DNA of 58,508 nt, the filler included, from Sphacelaria rigidula (taxonomy: Eukaryota), in NCBI GenBank assembly GCA_964200075.2. It is 9 parts of 9 records of this genome, joined end to end, with 100 filler letters (N's around TTAATTAATTAA, not from the genome) between each part and the next. Parts side by side here need not be neighbours in the genome. Positions count along the whole stretch, not along the records: positions 1 to 6,412 come from CAXNAA020020226.1; positions 6,513 to 12,924 come from CAXNAA020020227.1; 7 more parts are not named here. One strand, written 5' to 3'. How positions within the stretch are numbered: the first letter of the stretch is position 1; every line of letters starts with the position of its first letter. Below are positions 1-11,839 of this stretch, piece after piece. The position numbers and the translations under genes were made by a program. The notes beneath the pieces were generated by a model. That model saw nothing but the letters and a program-made list of their open reading frames with translations, had not been told where the DNA came from and made no database searches.

Positions 1-2816
1 AGTCGCATGAAGGGTGAGCTGCATCCTGCTGAGATTGTTCGACCCGAAACGTACAGATTTATCTTGCATTTGGATGACAGCCAACAATGATTTGCTTCAT
101 TTTCTGGTACTCTTGCCACTTCCAGAAACAGCCACGGCTTACACACTGCCTCATGGGTACGTCACCAAATCTCTCATTGGGGGGGGGGGGATATCGCGGC
201 ATCACCCAGTTGAAGATATGCATGCCAATGATGCCGCGACAGCCTCCCCCCCAAACCAGCCCTAAAACTATCACGAAGAAAGTGACCATACGTCGCATGA
301 TAGCTGGTTCCAGTCTTACATGAAGCGCTTCATATGGGTGACATCAGCCAAAACGATCTCAAGCATGGAAGACCCAACTGCTCGGCGTGCTCGGCTCTCG
401 TCAGTGTGGTATACATATGGATTTTGTCTCCTCGAATCAGCTATTATTCTGGGGAGGACTATCGTGGCATCAGTCACGTGTGTTCTTTCGCAAAGCATGA
501 GTGATGCTTCTGTGTGCCTACGCGCAACAACACGCTCAGCTCCACTCAGCATGGTGACTGGTTGCTGCTGCTCTACTGTCGTTGATATTGACCATACATA
601 CCCATAGGTGGCACATGCACCTGGACGTCAGAGGCCGGCAGGTTATAAAATCATTTACATTCGTGCGCATGACCTGAAACACATGCACAACCATCTCCTC
701 GTTTAGTCTCATATGTGTCCCCATCAACCGAGAGATTTTTGCAACGAAGGGGACACTACACGGCCTGCTGGCGCGGCGATGTGCGCTTTACCGACGGTAA
801 AGTATCTAACTATTTATGTTTGGGTAGGGAGGGGTGACGGACGGGGTATTCGGTATCCATTGAGACTGATTCTCGGTCTTCTTAAATGGACTCACCATAC
901 CTTTCGGAGAAGACGATAACATACTCGTGGAAGTTTTTGAAGGCAGGAGTTTCATATGTTCATGAATCGATAGGGTACTACACCCTGTATTGATAGTTAG
1001 TGTAGTAGGAAAAAAATATTTGGCCGACGATTGCGTGGGTATTATGGGGGGCGTACCATGCTGCTGTTGAGCATGATCGTGATGATGCACCGCGCCGTCG
1101 CTTGAAGAAGCAACATAACTGGAAACCTTATCGCATCCGTGTGTCATGCATATCCAAATACAATACAGCGAACATCAATCAGTTACAGCTTGAGACCCCA
1201 GAGAAATATAACTGCCGCTACGATTGCCGTCAAAACTCGCTTTGCACATGGTACGATTCAGCGGGCATGTGTTCTCATCAGTATGTGCTCTCACACTCTT
1301 CGGTAATGACACCCCGATTTGAGGAATACGTCGCTCCGAGATTGATCTTTGTTGCGGCCTCTTCGCTTCTGTAACTTTTTTGTATCTGCTGGCAAGAAAA
1401 GGAATCGTTCGTCCTGTGAGAATGATCTCCGCTTATGTTGTTTGTCATCGGAACCTTTTGGAAAATGGCAGAAACGAATAACCTCCTCGGGGAGAGAAAT
1501 AGTTGTATACATTGATGCCAGAGAGTAACACACCCTTGCTTTTTTCCACGATATATCTGTTGCCAGCCCAAAAGGTTGAAGGAGTCATTCCCGTTGTCAG
1601 AGTCAGGTTTATGACGACATTAGGCAAGACTGTACTGCTGCTACCTGCATGATATGAGGTCTTAGAATAAGCGGAGGATCCAGATATTACGTGTCGTTGG
1701 CGTCATTGTAACTGTATTTGTTCTAGGTAATATTTGTCGTGGCAAATGCCCCGTGAATTCACTCTGAGTTTGGATCCTCTCGTCACGCCTATAGCAACTA
1801 CTGCTGTTGGATAAATAAGAGCTTTCTCGGGTTGTATCGCATGATCCTCAACACAGCAGTCCTGTCAGGTTATTGAGCCTCGTGGGTACGAGGAGCCGTC
1901 GCCCCAGGAACTCAAAGTTCCCCTTGAAAAAGGGAAACGCCGCATCCGGCGGCAAACCTGGTGAGTAGTACCGTAGTTGGTACACTCTTCAGCTGTCACT
2001 GATGTTCGAAGAAGGTCCCAGCACGATAATGGATGGAGATACGAGTGCACAAGGACGACATAAGCTGGTGATTCCGATGCTCGCATCCGTGCGGACAACA
2101 AAGCACTTCGTGAATTCAATGACAAGAGCGACAAGCATTTTATATGATTGCTCCTCGCCATAAGTGACGATGCTGAAGGCCGGGTGTGTGTGTGCCTGCA
2201 CAGATGGTTCTTGCTCATTCACGAGCAGGGCGGTCCACGCCCTACGCAGATGGACGTACTGTCACATATTATTGTCCTGGATTTTTTGCGTCGTAAAAAC
2301 ACGGGCTAGATCACGCAAAGACCGGGTTGAAACTGCAATGGATAGGTACAACACATCCAGGCGCGAGGTAATATCGTCGCCAGAATAGTCGAGGCCGCGA
2401 GTGTACAAGTAACAATTTATCTCTAAGTGCAAGTTCCTCCTCCAAGTTGTCTGACAACACCGGCGGGAGAGGTCGCGGCGGAATTGAATCTGGTCGAGGG
2501 GGATCAGGACAGGGGCGTGGTCGATTCAGTGGCATAGATGAGCAAGGCCGTTATTGCTATTGTCGAGACTCTTTTGGGCATGGATGCGATGTTTGCCGCC
2601 TTCGCCCCAAGCATGAACGCGCAAACGCTCAGACAGAGTAAGCTGCGGCGACAACCACCACGACCATGCGATGCCCGAATGCTTCGACGGCGAACGCTGC
2701 AAGTGATGCGACCACAACAGAAACGATTGTTACGGCGCGGTGCACACGTCTGATTCACGATAATACGGCCAACCAGCCTCTTGAAGAGGTGTAAATTGAT
2801 CGTGCAGCAACCGTCC

Positions 2817-2878
2817 ACGTGGTCACTCGATTGATTGATTGATTGATTGTCGATCAATTAAGTGACAACGTGGTCACT
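2817..2878 (-). mobile_element. Very short non-LTR-type insertion with a (CAAT)n tail between 11-bp direct repeats
   Basis: ACGTGGTCACT occurs at 2817-2827 and 2868-2878, flanking 40 bp that contain (GATT)5. Confidence 0.5.
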
Positions 2879-2939
2879 GAGCTATCTAAATCTGCCGACT
2901 CGCGGTTAACCCCACGGGGTGCCATTACCTATTTCTCTA

Positions 2940-3260
2940 TTTTTGTCAGACTCTAAACCCTTCCCCTTCCGCGGGACGAGTCCGTCGTCTCAAGGGATAA
3001 GCCCATCTCTCCGCGGTACACGCCTTGCATTTTGGTCTCGCGGATTGGATCATGACCATCAGCACTCCCACACCACGTCAACTCAAGCCAAACAAACTCA
3101 AGCCAACTACTCTTTTTTTCGCTCACGACCTCACGCTTTCGACCGTGAAAATCAGACACTTCGAGCAAAAAGCCCAAAGCATCGGGAATCGAATTCACAT
3201 TCTCTCCACCCTAACGGTGACAGACAGGTCGGACCATTACACAATCGGGGCGCGGCGGAC
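2940..3260 (-). mobile_element. tRNA-headed SINE-like family B copy. Others at 47976-48295 (+), 17375-17850 (-, interrupted) and 14870-14960 (+, 3' part)
   Basis: The minus strand starts CCGCCGCGCCCC, followed by an A-box-like TGTGTAATGG and a B-box-like ATTCGATTCCC. The body (GGTCATGATCCAATCCGCGA...CAAAATGCAAGGCGTGTACCG...GAAGGGGAAGGG) is shared across three different contigs. Confidence 0.7.
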
Positions 3261-6200
3261 ATGGCAATCAAACAGTCGTGCGAAACACCGGTTGCTACCA
3301 GGAGAGGAACCTCATTGTTTTCATTGACGAACCAGCACGGATAACTTGTTTGGATTTCTCTGGAGGTCCCGATCGCACGCCATCTCGGAGCAAACTTATC
3401 TTTGGTTGGTGCTCTACAAGAGAAGGGCGTGAAAGCTGACCTGGTGTCATTTCCACTAGCCCTGTACTCTGGACCTCACATCTTCACTCTTTCGACCAAC
3501 GGGCCACGTCTCTTCGTCCTCCCGTTGTGCTGGAGACCCAAAAAGGTCACCCATCTTATGGTTTTACTGCAGACGCCGATTGTTGGCATTGACGACAGGG
3601 TCACTGCAACTCCCGTACACTTACGCAACTGGAGAAGAATCAATCAGTAAGTGTGCAATTCAGTGAGAATATCAAGCGTAGTAAGTGCCACATCTGCTCT
3701 GTGGTGAAGAGCAAGAACCTGCCTCATGCCCCTCACATCGCCCCTAAACGCAGACTCACGTAGCGATTGCTCACGTAAGTTTCTGAGGGAAGCACTCTGT
3801 GCCATCAAATGGTGGTTGCCAGTATCTTACTTTGGTCGCGGAATATGACAAGAATACGCTCAGCCATTCCAATGAAGACGAAGGATGAGGCGATCGATAC
3901 ACTTCGACTTTTCGTTCGTTAAATTGTCGACCCAGAGGGAATCTCCTTTGTTACCCTCAGATGGGATGGTGGTCAAGAAATTTAAGGGACGTTTGACAAC
4001 TTGGCTGCGCCTCTTGGATTAAAGATCGAGGCCAATGCTTCCCTAGTTCTCACACGGAAACGCAGTGGCCGAGCGTAGGTTCGGAACTGTAATCGGAGCA
4101 GCCCGTTGCTTGATGTTGGGCGCTCCACGCATGCCATCGCAACTGTAGCCTGAAGCGATTATTACCGCGGTCTATATCCGCAATAGGTCTCCCACTGGTT
4201 TACTTGAAGGCAGGGGGCTCCTCATGAGTTATGCATGGATAAGCCTGTGGGAGGACTCAAGCATATGCGCGAGTTTGGATCGATCATCTTAAGACATACT
4301 GGGAATCGAAACAGCAACGGAACACGGCATGTCGTGCTCAGAAAACGATCACGGTGGGATACAACACGAAGAGCGAGACCTACCGACTATGGACGTCCTG
4401 AAGAACGCACGAAACTCAGAATTCAGCGGTAGTGCCATCTCGGGAGAAGGATACACGTACTGAGGTCAACCGTGACCTTCAGTACGAACCGTTCCCGTAG
4501 GCTGAGTCCGACTCAAACTCTGACCATCTATCGTCTGTGGAAAATGATGAAAATGTTCAAGGTGAGAGTTAGGAACCGTCCACTCCAGCGCCTAATGGCC
4601 CTCGACGGAATCAGTCGAGTGATCGGCAGCGCACAGCCTTCCTCCTGAAGCAATCAAATGTCGCTCCGCACAGATGCTGAAGTCTCCAACGAGGAAACGT
4701 TTGGGCGCATTGAATGTGCCACAGTTACGGGAAGCTTTGACACTGTTGCACCAAAGACTCCAGGTCAAGCAACACACATGCCTGGTGATTCTAACGCGTT
4801 TGGTGAAGCCACGAAACGTGATGCTTGTGGGCGGAATGCCGGCATGATGGAGGAGCAGAATCAATTGGAGAACCACACAGAGTGTCGAAAAGGTGTATGT
4901 CTCAACAGACGCTAACATCCAATTCCCTCCACTTAGACTCCTCTACCGCACATAAAGTGTGACAAGGATGGCAACCTTAGTCGACTCACGTCGAGAGTCG
5001 TGGTACAAGAATTCTACGAGAAAGAAGCTGGAGCAAATAACCCTGCATCCGCAAGAATCTATCCGACTGGTGATCGCGATCGCGGCTAAGAACAGGTCAT
5101 TTCTAAATATAATGAACGTTCAAACTGCGTATCTCCAGGTAAAAGTTAATGGCGATGACCCTCATACAGCAGTGGGATTCAAGTGTACTGGCGAGCAGTC
5201 CAAACAAGTTGTGGAAATTGACAGCATGGCTGTATAAACTCCGCCTCGCCCCTCGAGGTTGGCATTGAATAATCAATCCATACCTGGTCAGCACAGGAAG
5301 TGCGGCAAGCACGGCTGACCCATTTTTGTACAACAAGAGCGGTGGAGAAAGAAATCTTACGACTGGAGTTCGCGAATACTATCCTGATATCTGGATAGAA
5401 CAGTCAGGATCTCGAAATACTGATAGATATCCTCAAGCACGAGTTTGACACGGTTGATCTCGGTGACGCCAAGCTTCTACTAGGAATCGGAATTGAGACA
5501 GGCTTGAACGCGGGTACCATCAAGCTGTCACAAGAAGCTTTCGTGAATACCATATCAGAGCCGTATGGCAGAGCAGACGCTTACCCCGCTAAAAAACCCT
5601 GCCGAAGTGGAGCTCGTGATAATTGCAGAAGAGCAGACTTTGTATTCAAAGTACGTGAGCTACTACAGGTCTACAACACGTGTTTATATCAGCCGATCCA
5701 GACGTCCTGATATCACTCGTACGATACTAACCTTAACGAAAAGTATGGCCAATCCAGGGCCAAGGGTGATGGCCAACCTAAAGCGAGCGCTACGTTATTT
5801 GCTAGGAATAACTCCACACGGGATTAAGTACAGCGAGGATTCAAACAGCGGTGACGATTTTGTTGCTCCTCTGGACTAAGACTACGCCGGAGGCAAGAAT
5901 GAAGGTCATTCGACTACGGGAGTCGTTATCTATTTTCCTGGAGCACCGCTTTATTGGAAATCCCAATGATCAGCTGCCGTTGCGATCTCTAGCGTAGAAG
6001 CACAGTATGTTGTCCTTTTTGAAGGCGTGCACGATGATTCTACACCTGAGGTACTTGGTGGACACAGTGATCCTTGAACAAAAAGAGGTCGCTATTCATT
6101 TTCGAGGACAAGGTGTTGATGATATCAACTTCCACCATGTTACGTCTTTGGTCAAAGGAAATGTTATAGATTCAAATTACATTCTAACAGACCGACAGAA

Positions 6201-6412
6201 AGGGGACATTTAACGACGTGGAGTAGTAAAATTTCTTGGACAAAGGCTGATGCTAGTAGCTGATGACTTTGGTTGGGTAAATTTTGAGAGTTCTGATCTT
6301 GAGGGGACATCATGTCGCGTTCGTTCGTCTTTAGAGGACATGTCAGGTTTAAACAGCCAATCATCTATGTTGAGGATGGTGCTTTTGATTGAGGATGAGA
6401 ACCCGGAGGATT

Positions 6413-6512
6413 NNNNNNNNNNNNNNNNNNNNNNNNNNNNNNNNNNNNNNNNNNNNTTAATTAATTAANNNNNNNNNNNNNNNNNNNNNNNNNNNNNNNN
6501 NNNNNNNNNNNN
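6413..6512. other. Artificial contig spacer (44 N + TTAATTAATTAA + 44 N). Identical spacers at 12925-13024, 19437-19536, 25949-26048, 32461-32560, 38973-39072, 45485-45584 and 51997-52096
   Basis: Seen directly. The linker places stop codons in all six frames, and every segment between spacers is exactly 6412 bp. Confidence 0.99.
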
Positions 6513-7749
6513 CCTGGCTGGTGCACCCACATACACCGAAAGGTGTAGACTGGTGCCCAGAACAAATGGGACGACAACACACACAACAGTAAGACCGCGG
6601 CTTGTCGCCAAAATATGGCCGAAGTGGAAGTGAGGCAATCACCGACATATTCACGTGCAAAGCCAATGCGGAGATAATCTAAGTTGATGAGAGGCTAGAA
6701 GAATACCAGTGCAACGCCCACTCCGGCTGCCAGCCTGTTTGCACTGCCGTGCCGGTAGTGGTGGGACTGTCTGTACCGGGATGTCGCCTCCAGTACCAGG
6801 TACGCCGGCAAGGGCCCGTCGCGGTACCCACTGGTCGCGCGACAGGAGTTTAACCTTCGACCGTCGACTGTTTTGGAGCGGAAACGTTCGCCTTCCAACC
6901 CTCATATATATAGCGGATGATAAACGATGCTTGTTTGCTGGGTTTCTTCGAGCGTTAATCCATGACTGGGCGAAGATTGATGATGAGGCCGGCAGGATCC
7001 ATGCACAGTCAGCGTGCTCAACTGACACTGTACCCACTATAATCGTCATCAGACACCAGGGCGTTGAAAAAACAAAAATCGGCGCACGGTGATTATCCAC
7101 CGTATCGATGCAGACCGGGCCATGAACGACTTCCCCTGCCGCAGCTGTGACTGTGACACCTTCCTTTCATACCAATCTGGACATTCTTCAAGTTTCGGCG
7201 TCATCTGACACGAGTTGCGGATTCTCTTCACGCCTAAGTTGCCAAAACACCGCCTCCATATTATCGAAAAGGAATAACACTGTTTTTCGATCGAAAAAAA
7301 AGTGATGAGAGACGCCCTGAGACACGCCCTTAGAAGGGCGTGTCTCATCACATTAGTTTTTGATCGAAAATGTGCGGTGGAAAACAAAAATCCCGACCCG
7401 ATAAATCGTAGTCTCAACCATCATGGAAAATTTTGAAAATGGTTGATATCATGACCGATCAGGTCTGGCTTGGCGTGTTTCAGCACATCATTTTTCGATC
7501 GAAAAAGTGCGGTGGAAACACGGTGGGAAACAAAATTCCGATCTGAGAGGTCGTAATTTGAACCACCGTCGTCACTTGCAAAAAGTATGTGTGACCCGGA
7601 TGGACTACCCGCATCATCACGGTGTAAGGGTTCAGGGTTTAACCCTTACTATACCGCGAACGTAGTCTCTATCTGGACTATGTATAATTTTTTCAAGTGA
7701 AATTGATGCCGACTAGGCAGAGAATCTGCTCTCGCTGTCCAAAGATTAA

Positions 7750-7847
7750 CCCTTAGACCGCGAGGTTAGTCTTATGTTGAATCGGTATCAATTTCAAGTG
7801 AAAAAAAGTATGCATGATCCAGAAAGACTAATCTCGCTGTCTAAGGG
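7750..7847 (+). mobile_element. ~100-bp piggyBac-like miniature TIR element
   Basis: TTAA|CCCTTAGACCGCGAG...CTCGCTGTCTAAGGG|TTAC. Related copies at ~7570-7630, ~7643-7745, 8105-8195, ~9305-9385, 11105-11205, ~11850-11945 and ~12258-12359; fragments at ~44062-44115, ~52950-52990 and ~58368-58405. Confidence 0.8.
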
Positions 7848-8104
7848 TTACGGTTCGACCTGAATACAAGTGAACAAATACCGCTTCACGGATTTCTTAT
7901 ATAGCCCCTTTGCGACCCAAAGCGTGCGAATTCGCTCGGACAAAAGCACACATAAACAAATTAAATCAATTCCTCCGCACGAACTCGTTCGAGAGTCGAA
8001 AAAAATGTGATGGGACCAATAAAGTTTACCACTTGGGATGGTGAGAAATTTCTCAGATAGTTCGACTTGATTTTAGTGTGAAAAGCGAAACTCCCGATGT
8101 TTAA

Positions 8105-8195
8105 CCCTTAGACCGCGAGATTAGTCTTTCTGGATCATGAATACTTTTTTTAATTGGTGCCGATTCAACAAAAGACTAACCTCGCGGTCTAAGGG
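8105..8195 (-). mobile_element. piggyBac-like miniature element, inverted relative to 7750-7847
   Basis: TTAA|CCCTTAGACCGCGAG...CTCGCGGTCTAAGGG|TTCA, a perfect 15-bp TIR. Confidence 0.8.
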
Positions 8196-10579
8196 TTCAT
8201 GGGGCTATGCTCCAAACATGCTCCTAGCTTGCACAGAACGCGTTTTGGTCGAAATCGGCGCCTGGGGCGCCGATTTGAGGTCTGGCAACGCACCCTTGGC
8301 CTATGTTGCACTTTCCACCCCCTCCCCCGAGGGTTCTCGGTGTGCCTTTGTTGGGGTTAGGGTTGGGGTTTTGGTGCTGGTGTCATAGTTTGTTCGAAGT
8401 TATAAGTTTCTGAGAAATTTCTCAAACCCAGGGTGATCTACACGTTGAACTCAACTCCAGGCAAATGTCTCTTGGTTCATATGGCCCCTTTTTTGATGCC
8501 CTTTCGTCTGGGATGAGCTCAGCTGTATGGATACATGATCCATAGGTCATCCCCACCTCATCTCACTTCTTCTCTTCACCTCCACTTTTCTTGTCTGTCT
8601 GCCCACTTGAGCCCTGTCCCTCAACGCTACTGACGTAGCTTAACTTGAAAGATCATTTGCTATTCGCAGAGATTGCAAGGGTTCTAATCCCTTCGTTGGT
8701 TTTCTATCTTGTACGAACCTCACAACTAACTGTGGGAAAATGGTGCAATAGTTCAACAATTCACGTGTACTGGTGACGCGGCCCAATACTTTACTTTCGA
8801 TCACATCGAGATCACATACGCTGTTGCAATATCATAATCTCGGTTTGCGTAAGGGATCATTAGCGATATATTCCATTATCCACACTCTACGTTTAACCAT
8901 CCAGTCAGAAAAAAACGGGCGGGAGGGGGTGGAGGAGGGGCTGGGAGCGGTGCTACGCATGATATTTTGGTGTCATTCTCCACCATATCACAGTTGTAAA
9001 AGTCGACCTTACATGTATTTCCACAACAACGGGTGCCCAAGTGTATGGCTCGAAGTATTTTCCGCTGGTCAGATAGCAGGTAGTGAGGGTTTTGCCCCGA
9101 AATGGCGGTGTCAGGATATAGGGAAAAGAGATGAAGGAAGGTTCCTACAGTGTAGTGAGTGACCCCGGAAGATAACACGCCGTTCAGAGCTAACAAGAGC
9201 TAGGTGGAGTATGCCGCAGTTTAGTGTCCAATTCTCGAAACGGCTGAAGACGCCCATTCGATTCCGTCATCATGGTTGCCACGGTACTCCGAGTACATTG
9301 ACGTCGAGAGTAGGTCACCTGTTGGATCGGCATCAGTTTCACTTCAAGTATGCGTGATCCAGATGGGCTACCGTCGCAGCCAAGGAAAAGAAAAGGAAAT
9401 AGGCGAGGGCAAAGCGGCCGTCCAAAAGCATGCTGATTAGCGCTTGTTTTGTTATGTTTGCTGTTTTTTTTCAGCTCGAGAAGACACAATCTAGACTTCG
9501 ATCCGGTTAATGATCGATGTGTCCTTACGGAGAGAAAGCTTCGAGCGTGTGGTTCTTGTTCTTGTTCTTCTTGTTCCTCTTGTTGGTCTCGTTTATCTTG
9601 TTGTTCTCGTTTTCTTATTCTTCTTGTTGCCTTTACTTACAATAAAAGCCGTTCGGGTGTCTGCACTCCATACTCCGTGCTGAGCATCTGATGCGGGCGC
9701 CTTCCGAAGTCACTGGCTAACTACCCGGAGATAATATAGAAGGTAATATTATAATAGAGAAAAAGCTGAACCCGAAAAATTCAAACAGGCGCGATACAAA
9801 CTGAAAATAATTACTGATCATCTGTAAAGTTTCCGTGCCCTAGGCGACCATCCGAGCTACTGGAGTCAGGGCCCAATGTTTCCACGCAACGCACGAGGCC
9901 AGCTAGATCGTGTAGGGATTCATATCACTGCGGACGCGACCCGTGCCTTTAATTTGGGCAACTGATGTGACAACATGAGGAATCTGTACAGGCTGTCTGG
10001 TATCATGACGGAACTGCACTGTCCCCATGCCGTAGCTCCCCCGCCGAGGTCAGTCTGCCTTCCATCTCTCGCACGGTAAGGTAAGGGAAGGACAAGTGCC
10101 AAGCAGTATTTCAATTATCGGGATAACTGTTTGCTCACTGGGTGCTTAGAAGTGTGATCCCGTCCGACTGTAGAGTCGGCCACAAACACACCGCGTTATT
10201 TTCGCTCAATCCACCATCAGACAGATCGTTACGCATGGGGCCCGAAACAACAGATTAGTTGACGAAAACCTTCATGGTTGATGAGTTGTTGTGGAGAGCG
10301 CTCGAGTGTTGACGTGTGGACCCCAACTCTGAATTTCCTTTTTCCGTTCCATTGCGCGTAGTCGATAGTGATTCATTTTTTCTTGTCGAACTGCTATGTT
10401 ATATCTGTGTCACCACTCACAATCTTCCCGGTCGGCGATCAGTAGACACGGCTCCTCCAACCCGTCCTCGCCCTCCTGTTGTCTCCCTGTTCGTGTCTGT
10501 TTTGTGACCGTTCGAACCAAAACCCCATCGGAGCGACATAGGTATCATCAATATACCAAAAGCAGCAGGCGCAGCAAAA

Positions 10580-10631
10580 ATGAAGGTGGTGACCGTGTGT
10601 GTCGTCCTCGCCGCGTGGGGTGCTGCGCAAG
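10580..10631 (+). CDS. Candidate first exon encoding a signal peptide (MKVVTVCVVLAAWGAAQ)
   Basis: AAAA-ATG context; Lys followed by a hydrophobic core and small residues; ends at a plausible donor CAAG|GTGCGA. No downstream exon was recognised. Confidence 0.45.
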
Positions 10632-10754
10632 GTGCGAGATCATGAGAGGGACCCCGTAGTATGTACATGTTGTGTCAAAGTTGGGGGTTGTTCCTCTTGG
10701 TATCTATGATTTAAAGCGAGTTCCAAATCGAGGAAATACTCCTGAAAAAGCTCG

Positions 10755-10992
10755 GACAAAACAACATTCGACTCAACGGTCGACGAGGGAAAGGGACTGC
10801 TGAACCCCTCTCGCGATAAAACAAAAGGGCGGGCACCGTAGAAGGAAGGCTGGGTACTAAAAACAACTAAAATAAAGCTCCTGTGTTGGCCTTCCTCCTG
10901 TGTGACCCCGGCTGATGCGCCCACATATACCGAAAGGTGTAGACCGGCGTCCAGAATAGACGGGACGACAACACACACAAACACACACACAC
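10755..10992 (+). mobile_element. SINE-like family A body with a CA-rich tail. Further 3' fragments at 6513-6585 (+) and 54162-54258 (-)
   Basis: Direct sequence similarity to 11432-11660 and 45918-46150; ends in ACACACACAAACACACACACAC. Confidence 0.75.
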
Positions 10993-11209
10993 AATCAATA
11001 ACTTTTCGTGCTAGAACAATAATTTCGAAACCGTTCCTCTCACTCTGGGAAACATATGTAGGGTTGTACCCCACGAGTATGGGAGGCTACGAGTTGTCAG
11101 TTGACCCTTTGATGGCGAGAGTAGGTCATCTGCAGAACCGCCATCAATTAATTTTACTTGAAAAAGTATGCATGATCCAGACAGACTACCCTCGCGGTCT
11201 AAGGGCCAA

Positions 11210-11428
11210 CCGGCGTTGGGCTACAAATGTTCATGGTTGACAGATTTTACAGGTATCACTACGAGTACCCTCAACCGTAATCCCAACCCAGCGCATATAT
11301 ATGGAGAACCCTGGTGCAAGGGCGGAACATGGCATTCCGTATGCAAAGAACGGCCTTGGTAGAACCAAAATCGGCGAACGCGTTCTGTGTACGCGAGGAG
11401 CACACGGGACTGTCAGCCCTCATAAAGA

Positions 11429-11470
<42 letters not shown>

Positions 11471-11839
11471 CTGAACGCCGGTCTGCACTTTTCGGTATAT
11501 TATGTGGGCGCACCACCCGGGGTCACACAGGATGAAGATCAACACAGGTGTTTTTGTTTGTTTGCTTGCTTTTTTTTTCCTCGCGAGAGGGGTTCAGCAC
11601 TCCCTTATTTCCCTTGTCGACCGTTGAGCCGTATATTTTGTGTACTCACGACATGGTCAATCTGCACTGACGGGCATGGTTTGAGAAAAAATTCCGGATC
11701 GCTTCAAGATTCGAACCCATATCCCAACCGTGAGAAGAGAGGGTTCCGAGAATAAGAACGGAGCCACCGCGGCGACCGGTGTTTCACACACTCAAATCAA
11801 GTAATGCGATAGCCATGAACATTTGTAGCCCAACGCCCG
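11210..11839 (-). mobile_element. TIR element family C (~290 bp core) with a nested SINE-A insertion
   Basis: TIRs CCGGCGTTGGGCTACAAATGTTCATGG / CCATGAACATTTGTAGCCCAACGCCCG. The internal part is homologous to 15045-15290 and more distantly to ~8200-8390. Confidence 0.75.
11432..11781 (-). mobile_element. tRNA-headed SINE-like family A copy with a (CA)n tail
   Basis: Head CACCGGTCGCCGCGGTGGCTC, B-box GGTTCGAATCTT (11706-11717), shared body, and a (TG)n run at 11432-11468 as the 3' tail. Confidence 0.8.

Larger units (their letters stand above)
1868..6310 (+). mobile_element. Decayed Ty1/Copia LTR retrotransposon (gag-INT-RT-RNaseH) with many stops and frameshifts, interrupted by a SINE-like insert
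   Basis: PBS-like ca|GGTTATTGAGCC at 1868. RGRGG-rich stretch and degenerate zinc knuckle CYCRDSFGHGCDVC at ~2470-2600. Integrase core (MKTKDEAIDTLRLF...RWDGGQE...NAVAERRFGTVIGAARCLM...L*PEAIITAVYIRNRSPT) at ~3870-4200. RVT_2-like SIRLVIAIAAK...MNVQTAYL and LYKLRLAPRGW at ~5055-5270. RNaseH-like RPDI...LKRALRYL, D*DYAG...STTG...WKSQ...ISSVEA at ~5700-6000. PPT-like TTGAGGGGA at ~6299. The INT-RT-RH order is Copia-type. Confidence 0.9.

Noticed and set aside
6457..6468. Periodic TTAATTAATTAA motif every 6512 bp as a biological repeat
   Set aside because: It is always embedded in 44+44 N; it is a synthetic six-frame-stop linker.
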